Positions 1-14,700 of a stretch of DNA of 64,000 bases are shown here, one piece after another. A model generated the notes under the pieces. The model searched no databases, was not told the DNA's origin, and saw only the letters and a list, made by a program, of their open reading frames with translations. A program made the translations under genes and the position numbers. The stretch covers positions 25,978,001-26,042,000 of the forward strand of contig NC_045697.1 in assembly GCF_009834535.1 (NCBI RefSeq). Reading direction: 5' to 3'. Numbering within the stretch: the stretch's first letter is position 1; the number at the start of each line of letters is the position of its first letter. This DNA comes from Camelus ferus. Lineage: Eukaryota.

Positions 1-59
1 CTCCCAAAATATGACTAAAATACATAATATCCTAGGCAGTCATACAAAAATAAAAACAC

Positions 60-1620
60 TGAGTCTTGTATTATAAGTCAGCATTTGTCTGGACAAAAAA
101 ATACTTTATTTTACTTTCATTTCTAGAAGATATTTTTGCTTAATAAGGTATTTTAGGCTAATAGCTGTTGTTTTGTTTATTTATTTTTTTTGTCCCTTCC
201 TCCCCCTTGGCACATTAAAAGATTTCATTAAACTATCTTCTGTCTTGCACTACTTCTGACAAGACATTCTCTTCTTTGTCCCCTATTTTAATGTCTTTTT
301 TCCCCTGGTACTTTTTTTTCCCTCCTCACACTGGTTTTCAGGAATTTGATTATGATGTGCCTTGATGTAGACTGTCTTTATCATGCTTGAGGTATGTTGA
401 TCTTAGTATATGTGCATGAATTTATAGTTTTTTTTATCAAGTTAAGAAAATGGCCACATTTCTTTAAATTTTTTTTCTTTTTTACTCCATCTTTCTCTTC
501 TCTCACTTTGGGATTCTAATTATACTTACATAAGAATACTTGATATTGCCCCACAGGCCACTGAGGCTCTATTCATTTTATTCAGTCTTTTCTCTCTGTG
601 CTTAAGTTTTGATAATTCCTATTGTCATGGCTTCAAGTTCATTAAGATTTTTTTAGGTAGAGTCTACTCTTGTGTTGAGCTGATACAATAAAATCTTCTT
701 TTCAGATAATGTATTCTTCAGCTTTAAACGTTCCATTTGGTTCTTTCTTTAGATTTTTTTCTCACTATATTTATGTTTTCCTTTACATCTTTTAACATGT
801 TTATAATATTTACAAATTACTGTCTATATTCTTTGCTAATTTCATTACCTTTCTCATTTCTGGGTCTGTTCTTACCAACTGATTTGCAGATTCCTCACAT
901 CACTAGTCATTTTACCTGTATGCTAGACATCATGAGTGTTAAGTTCAGTGTCAGGATTGTGTTGTCTTCCTTTAAAAGGTGTTGATGTCTGTTTAGGCAT
1001 CTTTTGCCTATTTGACCCCAGGTAACTAAATTACTTGTGGAGAGGTCTTTTAAGCTTAGTAAGGTAAAAATGGAGCAGCCTTTACCCTAGAGCCAGTGTA
1101 GGCTTAATTACTTTCTGGGTCTTTACAATACTCTGTGTGTTTAATGAGGGCTGTCTAACCTGGCTGGATAAAATGTGAACCCACTCCAACACTGTCTAAG
1201 CTCTGGAATTGTTCAACTCATAGCACATCATGGGAGTGTGCTGGAGATTCAGCCTGCAAATATGCAGTTAGTACTGCACTGAAGACAAAAGGGAATGCCT
1301 ATGAAGATTTCTGGAACTCCATCTCTACACATCTCCCCCTCTGCTCTGATACTCTACCCTGCAACTTTTAGCTACCACTGTTTCCCCAAATCCTATCTCT
1401 ACCTCTTCAATGGAGCAGAACCACCACACTGCACATGGGTGTCCCCATTCCCTGTGCCAGGGTCTGAAATGTGCCTTCAGATAGGAAGCCAAGGTGATCT
1501 TAAGCCTTATGTCACTTGTTACCTTTCTCTCCATGATCCCCAACCTGGATGCCTACTGTCTCCAAGTTTGAAAATGGTTCATCCCATATGTTTTTTCTGG
1601 GTCTCTAGCTATTTGAAGAG
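60..1620 (-). mobile_element. Ancient L1M LINE, 5'UTR/ORF1 region, decayed
   Basis: T-rich strand with L1M ORF1-type motifs (e.g. ccacaggccactgaggctctattcattttattcagtctttt); boundaries approximate. Confidence 0.7.
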
Positions 1621-4329
1621 GGAGGGTGTGTTCCATGCCAATTATTTTTCATGGACAGAAATGAGAGTCTGGCACGCTTCATTTTGTCATTGCATCCATC
1701 AATCACCCTCATTTTAATTTATAAAGAAACAGTATTTTCCCCCACACCTTCAGATAATAAACTGCTGCTTAGAAGTGGAATTTCTGCCAGAAACAGGCAA
1801 ACAATTATTAAGAAAATCTGCAGAGGCAGAGACAGTATCACAAGAATAATGCAGAAAGAAGTATTAGCTTAAATGGCTTGTTTCCTCTGAAGCCAACAGT
1901 TCAGTAAAGTGTCAAGCAAGGCACACTATTCTCTGAGGAAGGCAAAGCCTCCAGTTTTTCAGTTTCATCTCTACACATGATTAGGCAATCACCTACAGTA
2001 ATGGGAGACAGTCTTGTTTCAAGTTTGCTAACAAACAAATGAAAAAAAAAAAGGCTTCTGTACCCTTGTACAGAAGAGCCTGCAGTCCTTTCCAGAACAA
2101 GGCAAGTTATAAATGACCTTGAATTGGTAATACTAATAAGGTATCAACTTATCTTTCCAGGCCCTTCGGTTCAGGCTTCCTCCTCAAAAATTGAAGGTTA
2201 AGGCCAGCCTGAACTGAACTTGTTCCCGAGCCCATCCGATTTCTGGGAAACTATTGTTCCCACTTCTTGGAATAACTTAGTGTCTTAACCTCTTATCTCT
2301 TCCTACTCTAATCCTATCTAGGATTCCAAAGCCACTTAAATATACTTTTATACTTAAAAATAAAAATTATTATCTCAATGCCATTTATCTAGAAGGGTCC
2401 TCTCACTCTTTTATGGGTTTTTTTTCGCACCACATTGCATTTATTTGTTCATAAGCCTACATTCTGGTGTTCAGAAGTTGCTTTGAATTGAATGAAATAA
2501 ATTTTGGAAGCAAATAACATACACTTTAAAATCCACCTTTTGTTAAGTAGTCACCTATTCCCTTTATCATAATTCTCTTTAACAAAACAAAACAAAAAAT
2601 ATATCACCTAATAACATAAGTTTGAACAGTCCCTTTCTTTCTGCAAACCTGTGGGGGTGGTGAGAGAAGTGTGTTTCGTGTGTCTTGGCAACACGCAGAT
2701 TAAACTATCTCTACGAATTAAATCATCAGAAAGTTACAAAAGCAGTCAAGCTAATATTGTGGGCAATTGGCTACTGTTTAATTTGCAATTACATGCACAA
2801 TTGAGAAACCACTTTAAGATAATTCACCCTGGAGAGTATTGCTAACGTATCAGCCGCTATAAAACACAATTCAGGGATGGGGAAAAACATCACAAGTAGT
2901 AAGTTTATATGAAATAAGAACCTTAAACTCAGGGTGTTAATCTCCCAAATTGAGACAAGTAGTCTGTTCCGTAATTGTGAAACATACTGAAAAAGTCTTT
3001 ATTCCCCAGTGTTAGTTTCTTTATGTCTGGAATTTGCAGTTAAAACCAAATGGAGTCAGGCTTCAGAGCCATCAAGTGCATGACGCTTTACTGTAGGTCA
3101 ACTAAGCAATCTTAAAAAAATTAAAACAGAAAACCAAACAAACAAAAAGGTTAGTTTGTTCTGTTTCTGATGACACAGCACAGTTATTCATATTGTGTAT
3201 ATTATAACCAACAGCCTTTCCGTAAAAGCTTAATAATTAAGTGTCTTTGACAAATGAGTGTGAAGCTATAGAATGTGAATGGTGAACACAGTAACTTATT
3301 TATCAGAGAATGAGGGCCAAGTGCAGAAAGAGTTTTCCAATTTTATGAAAAGGATGTTGTGATTTATTGAATGTTTCAGTCACAGTGGATATATAACCTT
3401 CTGTCCAGGACAGTGCCTTCTGACCTCATCGTGGTCAGGAACATTCACTGACTAACAACAGATAAAAAAAACATGCTTTTTTTTTTTTTTCACACACAGA
3501 AATCCTGACTAATTCTTAAAAGCAGAGAATCTAAGTCCCAATAACAGCAACAAATATCACGCCAGAAAGCCTGAAGTGTGATCAAGAAAGCTTTATTTTT
3601 CAAAATAATAATTTTTAAAGTATACAAAGAATACATATTAAAGCGACACCATCTGGAACACCTTCTGCTTAGAGCTTTTTGGAGCAAAAATTTTCTGTGT
3701 ATGGAAAATAATACTGCAATATTTTTCTGTCTAAAGACAGTCATGCTATGTATATAGAGAAAGCTGCCATCAAGATTAAAATATATATCTAAATAGTGAC
3801 TATAGTCAGTGGATGGTTATCAATTTATGAACTTCTGTAGTTCATGGGGTTCATTCTCCTGCCCTTAAGAAACATTAATATATTTTAACAGTTTAATCAA
3901 AGGTAGACAAGGACAGAGAAAAGATGTGAAATTAATTTGAGTCTATTTATGATTTGCAGTTCTGGTTCAAGCTGTTACTAGCAAAAAAAAGTAAAGGTTA
4001 AAATTTACAGCTGGCTGATTTCTCTCTCTCAATTATTCTACCTTTATATGCCATCAACATGGATAATTGGAAGTTGCTTTATTTCTTAAAGCCACAATTT
4101 TATCTATCATTGACAAGTCTAACACAATCTACTGCAGCTTACAGTCATTATTTCCCAAGGGGCTAACAGATCAAAAAGAGAGATGGAAAAGAGGACGGGG
4201 CAATGAAATTCTCTTATTTTGACATGACATTAAACAGCTCTTAAAAAAATCACATTTATAATTAACTGGCCTTGTTTGAATACTGGGAGAGAAGGACGTA
4301 TTCCCTGTCTTGGAAAATGATACAAGTCA

Positions 4330-5260
4330 CCCAGGCCAAAAGCTCAGGAGTCATTCTTACCTCCTGCTTCACAAAGCAATTAAAAGCCAGCAGACTGAAA
4401 ACCAGAAGACTAGTCTTTCTCTCAACATCTTACCATCAGATCTAGAAAACTACCAACACCCAAAACCAACCATCAATTCCTCTTTCTTCCTATTACAACT
4501 GAGGGACCTCACTCTCCTGCTGGCCTCTCTCTTACACCTTCACTCTCTCTCTCTTGTTTTGGTTTCTTTCCCATCAAAATGTTTCAGAGGGCACAAGCTC
4601 AAGACATCTAAAGCACATACTCCCTTCCTGGGTCAAATGCCTTTGACCTCACTAATCCTATTAACCCCCAGACATCCTTGACAAACTGTCCTCACCAGCT
4701 GCTTATGTAATCTAATCCAGTTCCCTAGTTTACCCTAATCCAGTTTCTGCTTCCTCACTTCTGTTCTCCTCAAAGTCACAAGATAGACTCCCCATCACTT
4801 ACCCAGCGAGGTGTCTGTCCTCATCAGGCAGCACCTCACACTTTCGATTATTCCTTCTTTCTTGAAACACTCTCTTCCTGGGCTTAGTGACACACTCTCT
4901 CTAGGTTTCCTGCCTCACTCTCTGGATAGACCAGCTTAATAGGCCAGGAGAGTTCTTCTTCCTTGACAACTGCACCCTCCTCCAATGACACATATTCATT
5001 AAGGCTCCAAAATGTCATTTCTTTCCTTCTCATTCTACAGACTCTCCCTAAGTGATTTCATCTTCTTCCTTCTCTATATGGGTAACTTCAACATCTCTGT
5101 CTCTACCCCATTAACCTTGACATGACCATCAGGTCCATAACTACAGCTTCCTCCTAGCAATTTCTCCTTAGATATTTATAAGCACCTCATTTTCAGCATG
5201 TCTAAGTATCTCCCAAGCTCACTCCAAAACCTGCTCTTTTTCCTTTATTCCCTATCTCAA
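4330..5260 (+). mobile_element. L2 LINE fragment (ORF2/RT region)
   Basis: ttccttctttcttgaaacactctcttcctgggcttagtgacacactctctctaggtttcc resembles the L2 ORF2 consensus; pyrimidine-rich. Confidence 0.75.
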
Positions 5261-6427
5261 GTGTGTTTATTTACATAACATACATGTATGTACACATGTA
5301 TGCCTGCATATACACACACAGTGTGTACACATGAGACCCTGTTCTGCACCACCCAAGTGTCACATGCTGGTACGCCTGCATGCGCTGTGTTCTGTCAGGG
5401 TTTATAACCTAACGCACTCCCCATCTCCCTGGCTGATTCTTCAGTCACACTTCTGACCTCTCTTCTTTCTGCTTCACCTTTAATTAAGCATTGTATGGTT
5501 ACACATATTTTTTGTAGTAAAATAACTTTTTTCAGCTTTCTGATAAAAGTTTTTTTCCTAATAAAATGCTAAAATTTTAAATGTTGGTAATTTAAAATTT
5601 TTGAGAGTGATTGTACAAAAGTATTGGGAAATTAACACAACACTTGTTTCAAAAACAGTCTCTAGGTTTTGAAGTTACAAAATGACTCTACCTTGACTTC
5701 AAAATGGATTATTCTCCTCAATATCACATAGGCACTGGAAGGCTGATTAAGTGTGTAAAATAATGCCTGGTACATGTGAGTTGTACACATCGCCATCTCT
5801 GTGTTACCATCGGAATATTAGCGATTTGGAGAAAACAGGAAAAGCAAGTAAAAACCAAGATATAAGTATGTGATAACACGGTTGTTTTCAAACAGTGCTG
5901 TTTTTTTTTTAATGGCAGCTTATTCAAAGAGATTTAAGGAAAATAACTTGGTTTTATACTTGTCCCTGTATTTCTCCTGTTCTCATCCTGACATATTCCT
6001 CATTCTCCCCATTCATAAAAACGCTTTCAACATAACTAGTTGATAAAACATGTAGATAAAAACTTTAAATTATGATCAAAAACAAATTAAGCAGCTTTGA
6101 CCATTATTTTGTAATTCTATTAGTTTTTAACTATTCCATGAACTTCGAGTGTATCTGAGTTCACCTTCTGATTCCTGGAGCCCAAGGGCAAGGTCAAGGT
6201 CAAGGTGTTATAAAATAATAAAATACTTAGTTTTCCGGCTTCTTTATCTTGCATTCATGAGGGAGTGCATTGCATGCAATAAGCACTAAATAAACATTCA
6301 AATTGAATAATAGTAATCCATGTTTGGTATATTTTGATTAAAACTTATGTACCACTGGTCAAATCCTTTATAGACTAAAAGTGGTAGAAAAATACCTTGG
6401 CTATAGTAACCTGATTAAAAAATAAAA

Positions 6428-6486
6428 TATGTGTGTGTGTGTGTGTCTGTGTGTATACACACACAAATATATATATACATATATAT
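6428..6486. repeat. Compound (TG)n/(CA)n/(TA)n microsatellite
   Basis: Directly visible dinucleotide runs. Confidence 0.9.
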
Positions 6487-7189
6487 AATAAATCCAATAA
6501 ATTCCACTAGCAAGTTTCTGCTTGCTTTTATTGTTTAAGAACATAAGCTCTGTGAACTCAGACACCAAATTTGTATTGTTAACCATTTTTTCCTGCCATG
6601 TAGGTCACAGGCAGCAGGCATTTCATAAATATTACCAGATGATGGCAGAAGTACACTCGTGCTAGTGCTTTAATGCAGAATACTATCCATACATAACACT
6701 GCCTCATTATTGTTCCTCAACATGTACGTGACAACGTTCTCAGAGAAGAGTAAAACTATCATCTGGTACCAGAAATCAGAGTCTAAGGCATCATTAACCA
6801 TCGTAAGCCCAGCAATAAATAAGTAAAACAACATCCTAATTATGTCTGCAAGTTAAAACACACATTCTGACAGAAACGGCTGATAAGCAGTATGCTTGCT
6901 GCCTAAAGCTGTTGATGTCTTCCCAGGAAGTTCAAGAAAAGACAGGTTCAGATAACTGTTGAAAGCCATTATCCTGGTCACCAGCATGGAAATTAACCTG
7001 AGGGAAGGCTGACTTAGCTATATTTTAGTATTAGCATTATATATGGTTTTGCAAATGGTCTTGTACTCCTGTAGAGCTGAACATTCTGAATTAGTGCAAT
7101 TAAGGGATTTCAAAGCAAATGAAGAGAAAGAAAAAAAATTGGCTCAGAAGACTATACTTCCTATTTGTTGGGAAAGGACTCGAGCTGCT

Positions 7190-8320
7190 CCTCTCAGGCT
7201 CTTCTGCTAGGTCATCCCCCCTCGGAAATGCAGAGGTCCTGGGGCTATGTCCTTACATCTCTTTTCTATCTCCATTCCCTCTCTGGGTGAGTCTGTCCAG
7301 TTCCTGGGCTAAATAAATCAAATGCTGACAACTCTCACATCTTCATCTCCAGCTGCAACTCCACTTAATTTCAGGCTTGCAAATCCAAATGCCCACTCAC
7401 CAGCTCCCCTGTCAAACAGACGTCTCAAAATCATCATTTGCAAAACCACATTCTTGATCTACTATCCTAAACTTACAAATATCCTACTTCTCCATTCCAT
7501 GCATTTGTTATCTCAAAAAAACAGCACCACCATGCATGTAAATGCTCAGGCCAAAAACTTTGCGGTCATCCTTGACTCCTACACTCATGGAATCCTCTCA
7601 CCTCTCCCTTCACAATATATCCCACCACTCCCTACCACCACCTTATTCAGTGAGTCGTCTTCCGTCTGGCCTCTGCAGCAGCATCCCACCTGCAAACTCC
7701 CTTCACTCTTGTCCTCCAAAAACTGTTCATCTGGAGTCAGAGGACTCATTTAAAAATGTAAGTCAGATGATTCTACTTCCTGGCTCTCAAACTGAGTGGC
7801 TTCCCATCACGCTTAGAATAAAACTCACATCTTTATATAGCATGGCCTATAAGACCCTAGACAGTCTGACCCAGGGATATCTCTGTCATCATTTCTCCCC
7901 ACTGTCCCTTATTCAAATTTCTGCAGCCACAGCAGCTTCCTTGCAGACCTTGAACATGCCAAGCACGACATACTCTTAGGGTCTTCAAAACATCCTTGAC
8001 CTCGAACCTGAACACTGCATTCACACCACTGCACGGTGTGTTTCTTCACTTGATACCTTTTCTTACCACCCTGTCTAAAACAGAATACTGCTCCATCAGG
8101 TGTGCTCTGATTACTTTATTTTTCTTCAAGCATTTAAAATTGAGGGACACAATACTATGCAATTATTTCTTTTTGTTGTTTATATTGTTTTCCCCACTAG
8201 TGTACTTGCTTCACAAGGGCAGAAACCATATCTTTTTTATTCATCACTGTATCCTCGATACCTATAACAATACACGATGCATGTTAGACGCTTAGTATTT
8301 ACTGAAAAACCAAATAAACT
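7190..8320 (+). mobile_element. L2 LINE, ORF2 3' part through 3' end
   Basis: gctgacaactctcacatc, ccaaaaactttgcggtcatccttgactcc, and 3' tail ttcatcactgtatcctc...tagtatttactgaa. Confidence 0.85.
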
Positions 8321-8564
8321 CAAGAAATCAAATTTCAGGTATGCGTGACTCACTTCCATAGATAAGTCACAGTATTATTTATAGTCATCATATACCTACA
8401 CTGAAAATATTTTTACAACTACCAAAGTGCTTTCAAATACTTAAATGTGAATGTCCCAAATGGACTGAGGTCTGTAGAAAACTATAATTGATCACACTGA
8501 GTTTGTCATAACAAATGGAAAAATATGCAAGCTTCACTGGTGTACTCTTTCTACTAAAAAGAAT

Positions 8565-8590
8565 ACACACACACACACATACACACACAC
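8565..8590. repeat. (AC)n microsatellite with one interruption, about 120 nt from exon 13
   Basis: acacacacacacacat acacacacac. Confidence 0.9.
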
Positions 8591-8711
8591 ATATTATTGG
8601 AAAATTTCCAAAAGACAATAAACTAATGGATTCTCCTCCCAAGAGGATAACTGGAATATGCAACTCCTTAGAGTTGCCATAATAAAGAATATAAAGCAAA
8701 AATGTACTCAC

Positions 8712-8775
8712 CTCCCTTTTTCTACCAAGAGCAAGACATCCATTTTTTCCCCATTTTGAACCATTGTGCTGATTG
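8712..8775 (-). CDS. ARAP2: ARAP2 window exon 13 (64 nt), PH4: [20 protein letters not shown]
   Basis: ctccag|CA ATC ... GGG AG|gtgagt; preceded by a 173-nt intron. Confidence 0.96.
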
Positions 8776-11700
8776 CTGGAGGGAAAGAAGAAGAGCATGA
8801 ACATATTTTTTTTTTAAAACATGACACTAACTACAATAAAGTCTATTTCAAGAGTGAGACACCATCATTGTATGTAAAGGCTACTATTACCACATGCAAT
8901 AAAGAACTGTATCCAAAACATAAGGTGAAAGGAAAAAACAAAACTCACTGAGCTCTTGCAGTCTTCTCAAGTGCATTCTGTCTTCCTGACCTTCTTGAAG
9001 GCAAAAACGCAAACTAGATTTGTCCAGAGCAAACCAGCCTTTTCTCCACTGATCCAGCGCATGGCAGTCTTTGTAGTAGAGTTGACCAATCAAATCATAG
9101 TCAGCTTCTGTTAAGTTTTCGGCAACAAAGGGAATAAAATGCTGTTAAAACAAATACAAGAAAGTAATAAAGACAGTGCAAATAGAAAATCCCTTACATA
9201 GCTACAGATATGAGAGCATGTGCAAAAATTTTTCTATTCTAAAGATTAATAAATAACACAGATTTCAAAAAACTTACTGAAACTAGCTATCGGTCTAAAA
9301 ACTGAACACCTGTAACATGATTTCAAATGGCAGCATTTTAAGCCATTTTTCTTGATATATATAGAATTGAAATAGGAAGACACTGTTGATTTGTGACATT
9401 TTTCAAAATGTCAACCTTCAAATGTTTGTCTTCATTTGTATCTTTTATTGAATCTGTTCTTTTCCCCTTTGTGTATATCATAAATAAGATATCTACCTAT
9501 AAAAAGGCAGACACAGAAATGACTTTACAGTACTGAAAAGATCTTAATCATCAAAGCATGCCCTTAAATTGAAGAATGGTTTCTCCAAGTTCCTACATTA
9601 ATTTCTTCTCTGCTTAAGGCTCTAGGAAGGTAGCTGTTAACCTCTTTTGACTACAACTTACAAAAACCTAATGAAGTATGAACATTCTTCCCAGAATCAT
9701 GTATAAAATTTTTATGGAGCTCTGAAGGTTAAGAATATTCTCTGGATTTGGGTAATAATATAATATTTAAATACCTTGGCTATTGCCTCTGTCCATTTTC
9801 TTTGAGCTTGAGATGTTTCAGCTCCAAATAAAAATGCACGTTCTGAGGGTAAATAGATCTCAAAGGTAAAGATGGGCCTAGAGCACAGATGAATAAAAAA
9901 ATACCACTGGTTATGTTTGGCTTTTATGAAAAAAAAAATAACATGAAGGTCAAGTTCTTAATTAAATTCCTTTTGAAAAATGAATAACGCTGTGAAATCT
10001 ATTTACCCACCTGCTACCTATCACAGTTTTCTGTCGATGGCTTGTATTTTATCCAAATGAGTTAAATGGAATACACTGGATCAGACAGAAGAAATATTCC
10101 TCTGATTAACCACTCTGCGGCATGACTTTGTTGACGCCCTGATGTGGCAAAGGGCCGTCTTCCACCTCCTCTTCCCTCTCAGACCACTCCTTCTTGATTT
10201 ACTCTGACCCACTGTTCAAAGCAAACATTGTCCAGACAGTTCTCTAACTGGCCCTCTTCTTGTATTACTCCACAAATTTTCCTTCTATCATCTCATCTCA
10301 TCCCCAAATTTCATCTCCTCACTATAAATAAAATTAGGGTAACGTGCCACGTCCTGAATTTCTCCCTCGGTTCCCCATCCACAGCTCCAACTATTTCTTG
10401 GAACATGCATGCTGCTGGGACCTAAGTAACTCAGAATGCCCTATACTGAAGTCATCTTCTTTATTCCTCTTTTTTACCCTCAACCTGCTGTAGCTCCTTC
10501 ATGTTCCAATTTAAAAGCTTCTCCTTCTACCTCATCAACAAGCTCGAAATCCTGGAGTCTGATTTATTCTTCCCCTTTAGTGTCAGCACTGCATCCATCC
10601 AGATATTTAATCTTATCAATTCAATCTGAAGATGCTCTCAACGCACTGTTTTTAATTACTTCTTCTTCTAGCTAAACTCTCATTACTTAAAGCCTGTCTT
10701 CCTCCAATCACTTCTTTACCACGTCAGTCAGTTCTCCTCCTAAAACACAAATCTGTATGACTCCTCAGTGGCTACTTTACTGATTTCCAGTTCTATAACA
10801 CACTATTTAAAGTGAGTAAGGATCCAGCTGCAGCCATTTTTTTTTAACCACATCTCCTTGTGGACATTTCTCCTACACACCTACTTGTATCAGTTAACAG
10901 TCCATCAAGAATGTTTAATTTTTGGATATGATTATATGGGCATACACTAATATTATTTAAGTTATTTAAGCAACTTAATATATAGAATGTACTTATATTT
11001 TAACATTCCACAGGAAGCCACCTTAAACTGATTATTCATTTAGAATAAAAGCACTATTAAGATTAAAACAAAAACAAATCAATAACCAGTTATGCTCACA
11101 CAAAAAAATCAAATTAGATTTACTAGAAAACAATGGTTATTTCAATTAGCATTATGTAATGATGGTAATGTGTTTCATGTAATTTTATGTAAGTAATGTA
11201 GCTTCACAAATATCTTCCCTTCCTCATATAAAATTTTTTATTAAACTTCTATAAAGCTGATTTTTGCACATTTTAGTATTTATACTTTTTCATTATTACA
11301 TTACAGAATGTGATAAGAAACTGTCACACCAAAGATCTTAGATGGTCAATTTCTGAAAGTCCTCACAGAAATCTCATTAACTATTTTGTAAGCCAAATAC
11401 ATTAAATAATTCTTACTCTTTTATTAAAACTCTTTTGAGACCATAAAAATGCCAAAGTAGATCTTTTAGGAATTTGGTTTTTCAACATGCTATTAAATAT
11501 GCTTAATAGTTTATTTTATTGTGAACAAACGACTGAATATTTTCCTTTGTCATTACTTTAACTGTGATACATTTAGAGAAAGCATTAATTTTTTCATTAA
11601 TCCATTTTTTAAAATAATGAGTAAATCTTAAAAATTATGGGACTACATGTAGACGAATAGAATGACATAAATTTACTTTAAATTAGATGCCAACATGTCT

Positions 11701-14700
11701 GCCTTTCATATTACTTAGTACAATATTTCAATTTTCCTACTTTTCAGTGATTTCCCTAAGGAACTTTCAGAAGCTGCAAAATGAGTAGGCTTCCAGAAAC
11801 CATTCAACTCTTCTACAAGAAGCAACTGAAGAACTGAAATGGTAATAAAATCCTTATTACCTTGTATGATAAATATCAGAAAATACTTTCAACTCCTACC
11901 CATTTAATGACAGACCTACCCAGTATTCAAACAGAAGTCTTCTTTGTGTACAGCAAGGCAGATAACTTCATTGATATTAATGGTGCCATTGGGTGTGGTA
12001 GATTTATCATTTTCATAGTAACTCAAGAAGCCTCCTTCTAAAACACACCACTTTTTATTTATCTCTAGGAAGTTAAAACAAAAAAATAATAAATTGAGCT
12101 ATGCCATACATTTAATTTTTTTAAAAATGTGCTTTTAAATAATGACTAGATTCAAATAAGTAAATGTGTTTATTTTCCTATTTTTTGTAAAGAGTATGCT
12201 ACTGCCGCTTGGGATAACAAGTTCTCATGCTCTCTGTCCGCAAAAAACTTACAGTCTAGTAGCCTGGGCATGTAAGACAAAAATAACTATGACACTGATG
12301 ACCAGAGAAAAGGCAGATCCATAAAGAGACAACTGCAAAGCAACTGAAGCAGCAAAGATCGGTGTCTGTGCAGAGTACTAGGAGGAAGAAATGTAGGGTA
12401 AAAAGTAAGATTTTGGGGTAATGTTAGGTAAGTGCCCAAAGGAAGACGGGGTTCAACTCCACAGTGCCCTTAGTGCCCTTGTTGAGGGGATTTAAAATTC
12501 ATCTTGTGGGAATGCAGGCTAAATCCCGATCAACACCTGTTTCTGTAAATAAAGTTTTATTGAAACACAGCCTCATTTGCCCATTTACGGACTGTCTGGG
12601 GCTGCTTTCCTACTACAAGGGAAGAGATGACTTGCGGCAGAGACCATCTGGCCCATAAAGCTTGAAATATTTACTATCTGGCCTTTTTCGGAAAAGTTTG
12701 CTGAGCTTTGATTTTGTAGCAGACGGTGAGGCACTGAAATGGTTTCGGTAGACAAATATAACTGATTTAAATTTTACACACTCCAATTACTGTGAAAAAT
12801 TGTATTTGAGAAGGTGAGGCCAGAGGCAGGAAACCTGTTCGGACACTATCAAAAGACTTGTAAAGGAAAGATAAAACCACCAAAAGCAGGAGAGTTCTAA
12901 GGATAATGGGTTGGAGAGGAGGGGGCCTGACGACAGGAAGGGATGGGAGACAACAGAGACAGAGACAGGAGCGGGGCGGGGAAGGAGAGAGGGAAATACA
13001 CACAGGCATGCGTGTGTTTTAAAGGAATCAGATATGTACTAATGGGATGCAGGGAGAAAGGGAGAGCTTATTAATGGTTGTATATCATTCTGAGCTTTGA
13101 TTACAAAGTGGGCAATAATGTCTACTTTTATCTAAAAGAAAATAAAGTAGAAACAGTTTTAGTGCACATATTCTGCGTTTCCTTTGAGATACACCAAATG
13201 AGAGCTATCTCCTAGAAATCCAAGCAGGAACTCCTATTAGGTAGATCACCCTATGGGTTTGCATCCTGGGGGCAAGGAAAGGTCTCAATAACCAGAAAGC
13301 CTTTAGGATACAGGGAGTAGCTGTAAATACACAGTAACCAAGGCTGACATCTTAGGGAACTTAAAACTGTAAGGAACAAAGGACCTAGAAGGGCCCACAA
13401 AAGCACTGAAGCAAATGAGAAGAGAGTGTACAGAACAGAAAAGGAGTCGGGCGTCTCAGAAAAGAATCATTACCAATATTAAATGCAGAAAAAGATCTAA
13501 TAAAATAAGGGTGGGAAATACCAGTTGGTCTTCCTAACAAGGAGGTAGCTGCCTGCTTTACTGAGAGTCCTGTCCCTCTCAGAATCATCGTCGTCAGCTG
13601 GTCCCTTTCATGGGTTAGACCCCCTTCTTGGAGGGAAGCTGCCCTCAAACTGGAGTGGTAAGAAAAAAACCTTCACAGAAAAACAGAGCTTTTGAAATAG
13701 TCATTTATGACTGAAAAGGCACGTTTCTAAAGTAGCCAAAAAATGCCTTCTGAGCTACAATCGTTCCACAATTCTGAGAAAGAACTGTGTGAGGAAAGTC
13801 ATAGAAAGAGGAAATGCCAAACACCCATCTGGCCAAAGAAAGAGACGACACATGAAGTCAGGACACGGGAAAGGAGACTGCAGCCTCACGGTGGAGGCCA
13901 GGCCCCAGGAGTCCCACATGACAGGTATTCAGGAGTTTGTGCCTTTCTCAGCAGACAAGTGGGAGCCACTGGAAGGTCGGAAACAACAAGTGTCAAATGC
14001 ATGATGTATAAAAAAATATAAATGCAGAATCTAATTATGTAAATTCTAATGGGAAACAAATGACAGTTCTCTTTAAAAAGGTGAGTATGAACTCTTCGTA
14101 AGTTAGAAATATGGGCTTGAGATTTAATCCTGTAGCATCCTCACTCTAACCCTTCACCAGCTTCATCTTTTGTAAGTGAAAACAGGCCAGAGGGCAGACA
14201 AGGCAGGCACAGACATTACCTCTGAGGATGCATAATCACAAAGCTGTGATGGGAAAGCTTGACATTTCTATTCATTTGGGAAGCAATTTAAGAAAACCAT
14301 GTTGGATGGCATGGTCTGCTGAGGCAAAATCAGACAGGACATCCTTTCTACTACAGAAATCTGACTGTTAATCAGTTACCAGAAGATGTCCACAAGAACA
14401 AAACTGGGGCCACAGAATAGACAACTCTCAGGACACAAGCTGTTTAACCGATAAGAGGTTGTGTGTATGGTGGTTGTCTGCAGGAGCTGTTCATTCTTTC
14501 TGTTTAATCTTGACATTTAGGTCAGGGAAGAAAAATATTCCTGGAATCTACTCAAGCCCAGGTACAGAACTCCAGGGGTGACCCACTGAAATATTGCTAT
14601 GAAGTGATACGGGTACTGTATGTAGTTGGGTACCAGGGTTGTCAGCTACCACCTGTAGGATGTACCTGCAGTCAAAGGCTAACCGGAAACCGGAAGCAGC

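Noticed and set aside
1295-1717. 140-aa ORF and overlapping reverse ORF
   Set aside because: Inside the decayed L1M 5' region; no recognisable protein
7322-7979. Two overlapping ORFs of 143 and 145 aa
   Set aside because: Residual L2 ORF2 sequence and stop-poor pyrimidine-rich composition
1-8711. Next ARAP2 exon (expected to begin R-TLYIHGHTK...)
   Set aside because: Not found on the minus strand; it presumably lies beyond the window start
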